In this document: in pieces, positions 24,256 to 37,720 of the stretch | Layout of the letters: each line of letters starts with the position of its first letter | How positions within the stretch are numbered: the stretch's first letter is position 1 | Assembly: GCF_963921235.1 (NCBI RefSeq) | Contig: NC_086109.1 | Location: forward strand, 14,572,001 to 14,636,000 | Origin: Mobula hypostoma | Lineage: Eukaryota | Length of the DNA: 64,000 bases | Reading direction: 5' to 3' | Position numbers and translations under genes: made by a program | Notes under the pieces: model-generated | The model's input: the letters and a program-made list of their open reading frames with translations, nothing else | What the model was told of the DNA's origin: nothing | Databases searched by the model: none

Positions 24256-25615
24256 TATGATCTTACCTCAAAGTCAGAGTTCAGCATTATCAAGTCAATA
24301 GGGAAAATGGATTTACAGACTGAAGATCAAAAACTATAAATATATCCGTAACAGGAGGGTCAAACCAGATTGCAACATGTTCACACCCACACAGACATTT
24401 TTTTTTGACAACAGCATATATTTAAATCACAGCATGCTGTTTCAATTATATCAATGTGAAATGCACAAATACCAGGGAGTGTGTGTTATATTAAAAGAAT
24501 GAATAGGAATTCATGACTCATACCAAGTTCATTAACTGGGATTTTCAATAATTGTCGCATAATACGTTAATTTCGTGCAACAAAGCGCAATGATCCAGCT
24601 GCAATTTCTGCTTTAAGTCTTCCTTACTGAGTCAGACCATTGCACACATTCAGAAAGATGATGTGACATTCAACACTCTGAGTTGTAGGTTTTGAAGTGT
24701 GCCGACTGAAGGGCTCAGAACACATAAAGAAGGGAATACAGGGAAGTAGCCATGAAACGGAAAAAAAAAATTGGTATACAAAATCCAACCAACAAATAGC
24801 CTGTTGGCAAACTCGGCCATCATGTGCACAGCACACACCCAAAGACCGGCTCAACTGCCAAAAGGGAAGAAGATCATTTGTCCCGTCTGTCCAACCACAC
24901 CTCAGCATGAATTCCTGTACAGGGAACTAAAGTTAGTAACAGGTCGAATATCGTCGGCATATGTCATAAATTTGTTTGTTTGCAGCAGCAGTGCAGTGCA
25001 ATATGTATAAAAAACTACAAATTATAATAAGAAATATATATAAAAAGTAGTGCAAAAAGAGAGAAAAAAGAGTGAGGTATTGTTCATGGGTTGGTTCATT
25101 GTCCATTCAGAAATCTGATGGCTGAGGGGAACACTTTCAAGGACTCTTCGTCTCATGTTCTCAATATTTATTGCTTATTTATTTATTATTATTATTAATT
25201 TCTTTGTGCACTTGCACAGTGTGTTGTTTTTTGCATACTGGTTGAACATTCAAGTTCCTTAGTCTTTCATCCAAGGCCTTTCATTGATTCTGTTATGGTT
25301 ATTACTCTATATAGATTTATTGAGTACACCCACAAGAGAGGTGGGTGAAACTCAGGGCTGTATATGGTGACACATATGTACTTTGATAATAAATTGATTT
25401 TGAACTCTGAAGAAGCTGCTCCTAAAACATTGAGTGTGTGTCTTCAGGCTCCTGTACCTCCCCCTGATGGTAGGAATAAGAAGACAGCATGTCCCAGGTG
25501 ATGGGGGTCCTTAATGATAAATGCTGCCTTTTTGAAGCATGGCCTTTGGTGTCCTCGATGCTGGGGAGGTTAGTGTCCATGATGGAACTGGCTGAGTCTG
25601 TGACATCTTGCAGCC

Positions 25616-25852
25616 TTTTTTTTTTGCCGTGTGCGATGTTGGCGGGACGATGCCTTTTTCATGCCTTCACAAGGCGCGAATCGAGAGAGAGACTGTGTAG
25701 CGCACCACTCCTCACACAGACAGTTCGCAGTATCTCGACACTCAACCCGGCACGGATGGAAAGCATACTCGGGAGCGGCCCCGACTGGATTCGAACCCGG
25801 GAACCTTCCTTCCGAAGTCTGGCGCTGATGTCATTGCACCATCAGCCAGCCA
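25616..25852 (-). mobile_element. tRNA-derived SINE of the same family as 13024-13345, nested in a LINE remnant
   Basis: Shared 'tgctttccatccgtgccgggttgagtgtcgaga' body, poly(T) on +, cttgcagc direct flanks. Confidence 0.75.
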
Positions 25853-25903
25853 CTTGCAGCTTTTTCTGATCCTGTGCAGTGGTGCTTCCATCAAGATCCA
25901 TCA

Positions 25904-25983
25904 CAGGGTTCCCAACTCGGGGTCTACAGACTCCTCGGTTAATGGTAGGGGTCCATGGCATTAAAAAGGGTTGGGAACCCCTG
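25904..25983. mobile_element. Mini hAT-like MITE (~80 bp)
   Basis: Inverted ends cagggttcccaac ... gttgggaacccctg. No exact 8-bp TSD seen. Confidence 0.55.
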
Positions 25984-28127
25984 ATCAAGAAGCTTGAAAG
26001 GTATAGTATCCCTTTCAAACTTCCTGTTAGACCTAAACCCTTTCTCAATTTACAAATTTCACAAAGGAATTAACTGGAAGACATATATAAAGCATACACA
26101 GGAGTCAGCCACTCAGACTTGAACCACCATTCAGTTAGGTCATGAGTGACCCGATCTTGGACTGTTCCCTATAACCCATGACAGCTACAGACCAATAATC
26201 TACCTTGGCCTTCAACATATCAATAATTCAGCCTCATCAGCTCTTTGGAGTTGACAACTTCAAGCCTTCATGACCCACTGAAAGAAAAGTATTCTTCTCA
26301 TCAGCATCTTAATCTGCTGACCAGTGTGTGATAAAGGGTAATAATTATTCTGGGATAATTCTCCTCAGTTCTAGATTGCTCAGCAGGGGTGATCATCCTC
26401 TTGACATTTATTCAACAAGCCCCCATAGAATCATGGCCTCCCCTACTGTAACAATGAGGCCACATTCAGGTTGGAGAAGTAACACCCCATATTCTGTCTG
26501 GGTAGCCTCAAACCTGTTGGCATGGACATCGATTTCTCTAACTCCTGGTAATTTCTTCACCCCTTCCCCTTCTCTTTTTCCATTCTCCATTCTGGTTCCC
26601 CTCTCACCCCTTCTCTTCACCTGCCCATTCTTCCCTTTCTTCCATGGTTCAATCTCCACACCTGTCAGAGTCCTCCTTCTTCATCCCTTTATCTCTTCCA
26701 CCTATCATCTCCAGGTTTCTTGTTCCATCCCTCCCTTCCCCCCCCACCCTCCCCATCCTTCTCCTTCACGTGGTCTCACCTGTCATCTTCTCCTAGATGA
26801 GCTGCCAACCACGGCTGATAAGCCCTGTCTGCCCAAAGCAACTGGTTTTACGCTGTCAGTAACGCAGCTTTGCCCCTTCTCCTGTCAGAGGAAACGGTTC
26901 CGCCTCACGTGAAGCCTAGGAGGTGGACTTGGTTACCAGAGGCCATTTCAGGCGCAAGTCATTGGGAGCATTTCATAGGTAGTGGGAGCTTATCTCCATT
27001 ACCACTCCCGTCTATAACAATCTTACTCATAAACAATGTCTTTCTTTGTCACTCACATTCCATTACTCTTCAGAGGGATACTTAGCTGAAGTGAGGACTG
27101 ACTGCACAGGGACAATGAGTATCATGTAAAATTTTACACCGGTGAGTCAGATGGGCTTGTTCATTTGGAGATTTATTTCTGTCGCCCAGAGGCGATGGGT
27201 GTCAGTGGTGGTAAGATAACCTTTCCCGGTATTAGCCACCAGAATCTGGTTAAAGGCAAGAAACATGCTCCCTCTGTGCCTTCCTTATGCTTGCACAAAC
27301 TACTCCTCTTCCCACACTGTCAGAGTTATTTTTCTCCGAACCTGCTGCAGAATCCTCTCTTTCAGAAAAGGCCGCCTGCTAAAGTTCCATTTAACACTCA
27401 AGTAACTGTCAGGAGGGAGATCTTTCTACACCACATCTGAGTCTTATTCAGGTTGCGGAGATGAAAGGATAGCCCCCTAAACCACTCGGCTGGCCTGTTC
27501 CAGTTATCTTGCACCTTACCACGAAGGTTGCTGTAATCATTTTACAGAGGGGACCATCCGGCTGACTCAGATTGATTTACCACAGGTACATTGAAACATA
27601 CAGTGAAATATAACCCACAGCCAACGCAACCAAGGATGTATTGGGAGGCAGCCCACAAATGTCGCCACACATTCTGGAGGTCAAGACATGTCCACGATGT
27701 TCTGCTGAACAACAGAAATAGCAACAACAACAGCAGAACAAGCCCTTTTCCCACTCACACCCACTGACAGACCTCCAACCTTAAGATATTAAACTGTAGC
27801 TGCTGCTTTAATCATTGCTAGTACATTATTGTAGCTGGAACGTTAACAGGAATACATCACCACATCATTCCTTGCAACCAGATCATGCTTATACCAGGTG
27901 GGTTCCCAAGCAGGGTGGATAAAATACACAAGACCCATACACAGCATTCCAACATCCCACACCTATTCCTGGAAGGTGCAGAAGTTTTTAATTAAGCATC
28001 AAATTGTTCCAAGCTGACAAACACCTTGCACTAACCAAGGCTCATAGTCCATAAATCAATGCCGTGTCCGCCGTAAGTCCAGCACCTGGAATGCACACAC
28101 GTGACAGAAGATTGTTCACCGACTTAC

Positions 28128-28365
28128 GCTGAGAGTCCAGGAACTGCCGCAGTCACTGGCCCTTCATAGGTCGGCACGAGTCAAACACCGCAACGGCTGG
28201 GCTTTCTGAAACTGGATCCCTGCTCACATATAAACAGCACACATATACCAAGGCTGCCGGCCAACTTTGCTACCTGTCATTCTGAGCACGCTCAGTTACA
28301 AGCAGCCAATAGCCAGCGAGAGCAGGCTTGGCGGCGGCTGCTGATTAACCCCTTGTTTACTGATT
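28128..28365 (-). promoter_or_regulatory. Candidate internal promoter / non-coding first exon of the minus-strand gene
   Basis: CpG-retaining unique island. Donor AGC|GTAAGT (28122-28127). NF-Y-like agccaatag at 28304-28312. FOX-like tgtttac at 28354-28360. Confidence 0.35.
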
Positions 28366-29561
28366 TGGAGTAAGCGTACTGTTAAACATTTAACACTATT
28401 CCTGTCACCCGCAAGGGGAGGGGACTATTTGAACTGGATCACCTTAAATCTCTAATTAATATCTTAAAGGCAGGTCTATGTCGGCGACACCTGTGGGCTG
28501 CCCTGAGCACAATCCTTGGACAGTGTTGTTCTTAACTCAAAACAGCATATTTCACAGTAGTTTTCGATTTTATAACGTATATGTGACAAATAAAGCTGAG
28601 TTTTATCTCTTTTTCCCTTTACACATTTGCTATTTTTACAGCGCCTTCCGTGGCACCTGCAGGACGAACCAAACCATTGTGTAGCCAGTGAAATATTTCT
28701 TAAAGTGCAGTCATTGTCAAAGTGCAGTCACGGTCATAGTGCAGGCAGCACACAGCAAGATCCCGTAAAAACAAGAAAAACTAGTCACGAACAGATAACC
28801 TGTCTGATTGATGCTCGATTGGCCACGGTACCAGATTTAAGTTCTCTGATTTTCATCAGAACAGATAACAAAGATGAAAGTTCAGCTTTTTTTGTCACAT
28901 GTACATCAAAACATTGAAACATACAATGAAACACGTCATTTGCGTCAATGACAAACACTGTCTGAGGACTGTACGGGGGGGGGGCAGCCAATAATTGTTG
29001 CTAAACTTCCAGGGCCAACATAGCTCACCCACAACCCAGTAGCCCTAACCCGACGACTTTGGAATGTGGAAGGGAACTGGAGCACCACGCAGTCAAGGAC
29101 AGAGAGTACTAACTCATTACAGTGGCCGGAACTGAAACTCGACCGATGATCGCTAACGCTCTAAAATGTTGCTCTAACCATTACACTGCCGTGCCATCTT
29201 CACCTCCTGGAGATTGAGGAGAAAGATGAATTGACATCTCACAGTACCACACTGGAGCATCAGCCTGTTTTTATCTGCTCAAGAACCCAAAGTGGGAATT
29301 GATCCTACAACCAAGCAAGAGTGAGCCGACATTTTTAGTGACCAAACCTTTACCTCCTTGGCCTCCTCTACTTCAAACCAAAGTCACTTTCTCCATTCAA
29401 GTCCTACATCTGCAGGGGTTTGATTCCAGCTTTTTTTTACTTCAGACTGGAATGACCAGTCCACCAGCAACACTTTGCATCCATTCTAGCAGAGCCATAT
29501 TTAAACTCTTGCTTTCGCCTATCCACAATGGAGACTCAAAATGGATGTAAAAAGCATTTAC

Positions 29562-29649
29562 CCTGTTTGAATTAATAATCGTCAAATCTGTAAGTGACAA
29601 AGTCTGCTCATCAGAGCCTAGTCCCTGTGAGAATTGATAATCTTCAAAC
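29562..29649 (-). CDS. Candidate 88-bp internal exon (FEDYQFSQGLGSDEQTLSLTDLTIINSNR), product unknown
   Basis: Acceptor tttgtcagtgttacag|G, donor AGG|GTAAAT. Only one frame is open (phase 2 to 0). No homology recognised. Confidence 0.3.
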
Positions 29650-30324
29650 CTGTAACACTGACAAAATCTGCTTATTCGAGCCGAGTCTCCAATCATCTTG
29701 GATCTCCATACAAATGGAGCAAGGGCTTTCAAGGTCAACACTGGTGTGCAAAAGAATTGATGCGCAGGCTTCATTCATTCAGAAGTGATGAAGAATTAAA
29801 GTGTCCTCAATCCTGAGGCACTGGATCAGTGTAAGAAGGAAAGCAATACTAATTTACCTTATTGTACTGAAGCAACACTCATGACCAAACTTTAAAAACA
29901 TATCTCTCTCCCTCCCCCACCCCCACCCCCCCACTCCAACATGTCTCACTCATACATATGGGGAAAGACAGTGGACTTATCAACCCCTCAGTCAGATACA
30001 AAGGATGTCAGGGGTGCCGGGTAGTCATGGATACTATATATTCTTCAGTCTACATTGAAAACTAAATAATCCGGCCATTGTCAGGATAACGTTTATGGAA
30101 GTTCCCTGTGTGCAAACTGACTGCCACATTTCCAGCAGAGATGATAATTCAAAGCAGGGCAGGTCTACAGACGTAATGCACCTTGGAACAATTTGATGTG
30201 CTCTGTAATACATATCATGCTGTTCTTTTTAGGTGATGCCCAGCTTCCGTAAAAGAGGTACCTTTATGGTAACCTCCTCCATATATATAGGGGGACAGAG
30301 GTAAATAACTGTGGCCTTTTCATA

Positions 30325-30560
30325 CAATACTGTGCAAAAGTCTTAAACGTAAATATATATCTAGGGTGCCTAAGACTTTTTGCACTGTACTGTATATTGG
30401 TTAAAACAGGAAGCTGGTTGGGAAACAGAAATAAGAGTACTTAGCTTTTTATTTGCTCAGTAGTATTAAGTGCTATTTGGTTACTGGAAAGGCATTATTT
30501 ACAAAATTCTTAGGCACCCTAGCTACATAAATAAGTGCTTTAGACTTTTGCACCATGCTG
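30325..30560. mobile_element. Pair of ~68-bp Tc1/mariner-like mini-hairpins in opposite orientation bracketing ~100 bp
   Basis: TA|caatactgtgcaaaagtctta...taagactttttgcactgtactg|TA (30325-30392), and a second, more degenerate hairpin at ~30493-30560 followed by TA. Confidence 0.7.
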
Positions 30561-31998
30561 TATGTAGCAGCTGAGGAAAGTATTTCCTTTACCAGATGAG
30601 ACAAGTTACATATTCCATGAGGGCTGGTGTTGAAACCTCTCACTATCACAAAAATCTGTAAACAGATTACATCACCCAGTATCCCAAACTCCACTGCCAG
30701 TAATAACCTCATCGGATGGAACACATCACAGAAAGTGGAGCAGTCTGTGGCAGTCGGATGCACGATGCACTACAGTGTGTGTTTGTTTTCATTAATTATT
30801 TACACACACCATCGATCTCCCAGAGTCTCGGGGCAGCTATTGAACCGGATTGATTTCTTGCCGCACAATCATTCTCTCATTTTAAGGTGGCTGGTATTGG
30901 TCGACTTCACAGCTAAAGCATTTGAACAGCAAGTCGCAGGAGCAGGCCACTCGGCCCAAAATGTCTGTGCTGAACGCCATCCTGAAATAAACTAAACTTC
31001 TTATGCACATACATTTCAGCTACAGATTCATTTATGTACAGTGAAGTGCCCACTTTGCATCAACAACCAACACAACCTGAGGATGTGCTGGGGGTACAGC
31101 CCACACATGACCATTCCCTGCATATTTGATCTTTATTGCTGCTGTTTCACATGTTTATATCACTGCTTGTTTCATTATAATAGTGGCAGTAACATTACAC
31201 TGCCTTACATAAATATAGCCCTCACAGCTTACGTCAATCATCAGGCCATGCCAATCAGAGACTTGGGCTAATATTACGTTGTTACTGCATGTGTTCGACT
31301 GTAACTATATGTGTTGTGTGTGACTGTATGTGTTGTGTTTTGCATCTTGGCCCCAGAGGATGAATGTTTCGTTTAGCTGTATACATGTGTAAGGTTGAAT
31401 GACAATAAACTTGAACTTGATATTCATGAGCTTAACCATCTCTTGAACACCACTGTGTCTTGGTTCATGTGACAATAACGCACCATTGCCAATAATCTGT
31501 CACCACTAAACCCCTTGTGCCTGTCCCTGTTCTTGGGCTCAAGGTTCTAGATGCACAGGACTGAGAGCAAACCCAACGCAATCAGGTCTTACTTGCAGCA
31601 ACAGCTCTTCTAAAGGCCTACTCCCATTGCAAAGGCAGTGCACGCATCCCTGCACAACCTAAACAATGGTTAAATAGGCTCTTGGTAAGATGGCGGGAAG
31701 GTGGCAGATTATGTGCCAACCTCACACTGATGTCCGCCTGTCCAATTAAACTGACTCTTTCCAGTTTCATTTCTCCCCGTTGGTTTAATTGGAACTCTAC
31801 AGGGTACTAATTTCCCTCAACCACGTCAGCTCAAGAGGGGAAGGCAAGCACAACACAGTCTACTTAGTTACAATCTCACTCTTTATCGTTTACCTGCACT
31901 GCACTTTTATCACAAACATGAGAAAGTCTGCAGATGTACATACTATTTATTACAAATTACTATTAATTGCACATTGCATATTTAGACAGAGACATAAC

Positions 31999-32393
31999 GG
32001 AGCGAAGAAGGTTGAGAGAGGACTTGATAAAGGTGTTTAAAATTATGAGGGGGATAGATAAAGTTGACGTGGATAGGCTTTTTCCATTGAGAGTGGGGGA
32101 GATTCAAACAGGACATGAGTTGAGAGTTAAGGGGCAAAAGTTTAGGGGTAACATGAGGGGGAACTTCTTTACTCAGAGAGTGGTAGCTGTGTGGAACGAG
32201 CTTCCAGCAGAAGTGGTTGAGGCAGGTTCAATGTTGTCGTTTAAAGTTAAAGTGGATAGATATATGGACAGGAAGGGAATGGAGGGTTATGGACCTAGTG
32301 CAGGTCGATGGGACTAGGTGAGAGTAGGAGTTCAGCACGGACTAGAAGGGCTGAGATGGCCTGTTTCCGTGCTGTAATGGTTATATGGTTATA
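31999..32393 (+). mobile_element. Young CR1-like LINE 3' end, innermost element of a nested stack
   Basis: RRLREDLIKVFKIMRGIDKVDVDRLFPL...RGNFFTQRVVAVWNELP in one open frame. Confidence 0.85.
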
Positions 32394-32535
32394 ATGTAAA
32401 GAATTTTACTCCTCGTGTATGTGAAGGATGTAAGCAATAAAGTCAATTCAATTCAGATGCTGGAAATCCAAGGCAACACATACAAAATGCTGGAGGAACT
32501 CAGCAGGCCAGGTAGCATCTGTGGAAGTGAGTAAA

Positions 32536-32568
32536 CAGTCGACGTTTCGGGCCGAGACCCTTCATCAG
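32536..32568 (-). ncRNA. Hammerhead motif, intact core, 5' strand of helix I lost by truncation
   Basis: Reverse complement CTGATGA A GGGT CTCG GCCC GAAACGTC gactg. Confidence 0.6.
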
Positions 32569-32869
32569 TCTTGCACATTGACTGCACTTTTTCAGTAGCC
32601 TTCACACTTCACTCTGCATTGTTATTGTTTTACCTTATTCTAGCTCAGTGCACTATGTAATGATTAGATCTGTATGAATAGTATGCAAGACAAGGCGTTC
32701 GGTGTATCTTGGTACATGTGACTACAATAAACCAATACCAATACACCAGAGACAAAAGTTGAACAGCTACTTTCCTACAAACATCAGGTTCTTCAACCCA
32801 CTGGAACAACCGGTAATCCTACTTGCAACAGAACACTATGGGTCACCTCCTGCATCATCAGGGACTGGA

Positions 32870-33915
32870 ATAACTGCATTGGGGCTGCTTTCTGCACCCA
32901 TGTGGAGCTCGTCGACTTCATCAACTTTGCCTCCAACTTCCACCCTGCCCTCAAATTTACCTGGTCCATTTCCAACACCTCCCTCCCCTTTCTTGATCTC
33001 TCTGTCTCTGGCTCTGGAAACAGCTCATCTACTGATGCCTATTATAAACCCACGGACTCTCACAGCTACTTGGACTATACCTCTTCCCAAACTGATACTT
33101 GGAAAAATGTCACCCGCTTCTTTCAATTCCTCCGTTTCCAGCATACCTGCTCTCAAGGTGAGGTTTTTCATTCCAGAACAAAAGAGAGTCCTTCTTTTTC
33201 AAAGAAAGGGGCTTCTCTTCCTCCACCATTAACTCTGCCTTCAACTGCATCTCTTCCATTTCACACATGTTTGCTCTTACCCCATCCTCCCACCAGCCGA
33301 CCAGAGATAGGGTTCCTCTTGTCCTCACCTACCATCCCACCAGCCTCCGCTTCCAGCCCATAATTCTACAGAACTTCTGCCATCTCCAACAGGATCCCAC
33401 CACCAATCATGTCTTTCTCTCTCCCTGCCTACTTTCTGCTTTTCACAGGGATCACTCCCTTGTCCATTTGTCCCTCTCCACTAATCTCCCTCCTGGCACT
33501 TATCCTTTTAAGTGGAACAAGTGCTATACCTGCCCCTACAACTCCTCCCTCACTGCCACTCAGGGCCCCTAACAGTCCTTCCAGGTGAGGCAACACTGTT
33601 GAGGTCATATACTGTGTCCAGTGGTCCTAGTGTGGCCTCTTCTCTATCGGTGAAACCCGATGTAGATTGGGAGATCGCTTCGCTGAGCACCTACACTCCC
33701 TCCACCAGAAGAAGCGGAATATCCTCATGGCCACCCATTTTAATTCCACTTCCCATTCTCGTTCTGATATGCCAATCCACGGCCTACTCAACTGTCGCAA
33801 TGAGGCCACACTCGGGTAAAAGGAACAACCACTTTATATTCCGTCTGGGTAGCCTCCAACCTGATGGCATGAACATCAATTTCTCAAACTTCCAGTATTG
33901 CCCCCCTCCTCCATC
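32870..33915 (+). mobile_element. Older PLE copy (RT C-terminus, Cys linker, GIY-YIG), frameshifted
   Basis: ELVDFINFASNFHPALKFTWS...FLDL...YYKPTDSHSYLDY; DRVPLVLTYHP; KWNKCYTCPY; collinear with 38055-39207. Confidence 0.9.
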
Positions 33916-36749
33916 AAGAAAGGGTCCATGCATTTGGAGCGTTTGGTGGTCTGGGTCTGCCCTCACTGGAGTTCAGCAGAATGAAGGCAAATCTCATTGA
34001 AACCTAGTGAATATTGAAAAGCCTATGTAGAGTGGACTTGGAGAGGATGCTTCCAATAGTGGGGAACTCTAGGACCAGAGGGCAGGGAAGATACTGATTG
34101 AACAGCAGAGCAGATGCGATGGGCCAAATGGCCTGGTTGAGATCCTGTGTCTTAATATCACTTGTGTATAATTTATGCTCTGTGTGTTGTCTGAATTTCG
34201 ATACCTGTAATGCTGCTGCAAGCGGATTTTTCAACGTACCCATGCCTCACTGTACTTGCACACGACAATAAACTTGACTTGACTTGGTCCAGGAAAAGGT
34301 GGGATACGAGAACAACCAGCAATTCCCGTCTCCTCTGCTTTTCCAATTCACCACAGTTTGGCCCTGCTCTGTGGTTCTGTGTACATGAAGATGGGGACTT
34401 GGTTAAGTGCTGTACACAGACGGGGATGGGGGGGATGGGGGGGGCAAAATTGTCACGGTTAAAACCCGCCCATTGCTCCACCCTAACCTAACAGACGGTG
34501 AGTCACCAAAACAGAATCGGTTATGTTGTAACACGGAACATTTATGAGAAACATCTGTTTAATCAAATTCCTTTCTCTGAAGAACTGAAGCACGTCTCAT
34601 TACAGGGATGATAGACGCGATCTTCCTGTGTCGAAACATTCCACTCAGGGTTGCTAACCAAGGGGTGTGAAATTTTTCAGTCACCCGGAATCTCATCCAG
34701 TCATCGAAAACACAAACACAGCTGCTTTTCGTCACTCACTACCCACCCCACCTCCCCAGTGACTGGTCAGAAAACCTCTGGTTCAACAAGCCGACACACC
34801 CAACCCCTCAATCCCTGGTCGGCGATTCAGTGCCGAGGAAGCCATCCGCTGCCGCAGGAACTTTAGACGAGGCGTTTTATCGGACCCAGTCGGGTCACTA
34901 TTACCATAAGCGCCACGGTAACCTAGCAGTTAGCACAACGCTATTACAGCTCAGCTGGAGTTCAGGGTTCAATTCTGGCATCCTCTGTAAGACAAAGTCT
35001 GGATATTATTCCAAAGGGTTTCCTCCGAGTGCTCCGGTTTCCTCCCACAATCCAAAGACGCACCGGTTAGTAGGTTAATTGGTCATTGTAAATGCTCCTG
35101 TTAAGCTGGGTGGCGGGGCTCAGTGACCGGGAAAGGCCTATTCCACACTGCATCTCTAAATAAATAAAAACTAAATTAAATTGGTAGCGTAAACACGAGG
35201 AATTCTGCAGATGCTGGAAATTCAAGCAACACACATCAAAGTTGCTGGTGAACGCAGCAGGCCAGGCAGCATCTCTAGGAAGAGGTACAGTCGACGTTTT
35301 GGGCCGAGACCCTTCGTCTTCGTCCCTTGAGAGGGAGCCTGATGGAATGGCAGAGAAGACTCCATGGGCTGAACTGTCTAATTCTGTTCCCATCTCTTAT
35401 GGTCTTAATTAACACTGGATAGGTAAAAGAGCACTGGCATCACCATTAAACTGTCCAGTCTGGCCTAATTATTTTGTTTATGTCCTACGTCATGGAATCG
35501 TACAGTGTGAAAACAGGCCCTTTGGCCCACTGAATCCAGCCTGGCCATCAAACACCCATTTACAGTGATATCGTTTTGTCCTCTCAATATTCCAGCGAAC
35601 TCCTCCAAGATTCTACCAGTGGGCAACACATTAGGGGCAATTTATAGCGGCGATTAAACTACTGACCCATGTCTCTGTGGGAAGAAACTGAAGCTCGCAT
35701 ACAGTCATAGGAAGGAAGCGCAGACTGCACTGGAGGACAAGATTGAACCTGGGTTGCAGAGGTGTGAGGTAACAACTCCAACCTTAGACCTGACAGTTCC
35801 TCTCTTCAAATCTTACTTTTTCCAAGAACTTCCCAAAAGGGACAAGTGAAAGAGGGGTTTCAATTACCCTTCATATAAAGGAATTCCAGTGAGACATAGA
35901 ACACAGGACACTACAGCACAGTGTAGGATTTTCGGCCCATGTGTTGTGCTAACCTTTTAGCATACGCTAGATCAACCTAACCCTTCCCCCCTGCAGAGCC
36001 CTCCAGTTTAATGTATCTGCCTCTACGACCACCCTGGCAGGATGTTCCACACATTCACCACTTTCTGTGTAAAAAAAATACTTGCCTCTGACATAATTCC
36101 CCCCCTCCTTTACTTTCCTCCAATCTCCTTAAAATTAAACCCCCTGGTATTAAAAATGTCTCTGGCTATCCAAGCAATCCGTGCATTTTATCATCTTGAA
36201 ACCATGAACCAGAGCTATTTGTGGCTTAACACACTTAGATAATTCAAGTATGCACGAGCCCCTTGCAATTACACTTAGCAGCCAAGGAGAGGTCCCCAAA
36301 TTGTAGTACCTTCCTCCACCAGATTATCTGGTCCAATCCCACAACATCTGGAGGTCCCAACCAGACAGCCAGAATAAATGAAAGAAGGAAACCCTACCAT
36401 TACCAGGCGACTGTCTGCGTATGCTCTGTCCACAGCTCTCTGCTCTGAGGGCAATGAAGATTTATTTTTAGTACTCAGAGTCCACACTGAGAACCAGTGC
36501 TCAGCTACCTCAAAATTACAATGCAACCGGCTCAATGAGAGGCTGGAGGTGGGGAGCAGGACTTAAAAACTCAAAACGGAGAAGCCTACAAAAAGTGGTG
36601 GATCCAGCCCTGTCCATCACAGGCAAAGCCCTCCCCACCATTGAGCACTGCCACAAGAAAACTGCATCCACCATCATGGACCTTCATCCATGCAGTGCTC
36701 TCTTCTCGCTGCTACCTTCAGGAAGGAGGTACAGAAGGTCCCAACCACA

Positions 36750-37355
36750 GTCATAGTCATACTCATACTTTATTGATCCCGGGGGAAATTGGTTTTCGTT
36801 ACAGTTGCACCATAAATAATTAAATAGTAATATGTAAATTATGCCAGGAAATAAGTTCAGGACCAGCCTATTGGCTCAGGGTGTCTGACTCTCCAAGGGA
36901 GGAGTTGTAAAGTTTGATGGCCACAGGCAGGAATGACTTCCTATGACGCTCTATGTTGCATCTCGGTGGAATGAGTCTCTGGCTGAATGTACTCCTGTGC
37001 CCACCCGGTACATTATGTAGTGGATGGGAGACATTGTCCAAGATGGCATGCAACTTGGACAGCATCCTCTTTTCAGACACCACCGTCATAGAGTCCAGTT
37101 CCACCCCACAACATCACTGGCCTTACGAATGAGTTTGTTGATTCTGTTGGTGTCTGCTACCCTCAGCCTGCTGCCCCAGCACACAACAGCAAACATGATC
37201 GCACTGGCCACCACAGACTCGTAGAACATCCTCAGCATCGTCCAGCAGTTGTTAAAGGACCTCAGTCTCCTCAGGAAATAGAGATGGCTCTGACCCTTCT
37301 TGTAGACAGCCTCAGTGTTCTTTGACCAGTCCAGTTTATTGTCAATTCATATCCC
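36750..37355 (-). mobile_element. Young Rex1/Babar-like LINE 3' end with short tandem tail
   Basis: LYFLRRLRSF... and ORF 36868-37104 (KLHAILDNVSHPLH...RHRKSFLPVAIKLYNSS). Confidence 0.8.
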
Positions 37356-37720
37356 CAGGTTCAGGAACAATAACTACTCTTCAGCCATTAGGCTCGCGAA
37401 CCAGTGTGGACATCTTCACTCACCTCGACACTGAAATGACTCCACAACTTATGGCCTCATGTTCTCAGTATTATATATTTGTTTTACTTTTTCTATATTT
37501 GTACAGTCTGTCTTTACACATTGGTTGTTTGTCAGTCTTTGTGTGTAGTTTTTCATCAATTCTATTGTATTGCTTTGTTCTACTGTGAGCGTCTGCAAGA
37601 AAATGAATCTCAAGATAGTACATAAACAACAGGAATTCTGCAGATGCTGGAAATTCAAGCAACACACATCAAAGTTGCTGGTGAACGCAGCAGGCCAGGC
37701 AGCATCTCTAGGAAGAGGTA

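Noticed and set aside
26870..26945. HDV-like ribozyme in the RTE-associated repeat
   Set aside because: P2, P4 and J4/2-like parts can be drawn, but there is no P1 3' strand between P3 and P4. Kept only as an unassigned structure.
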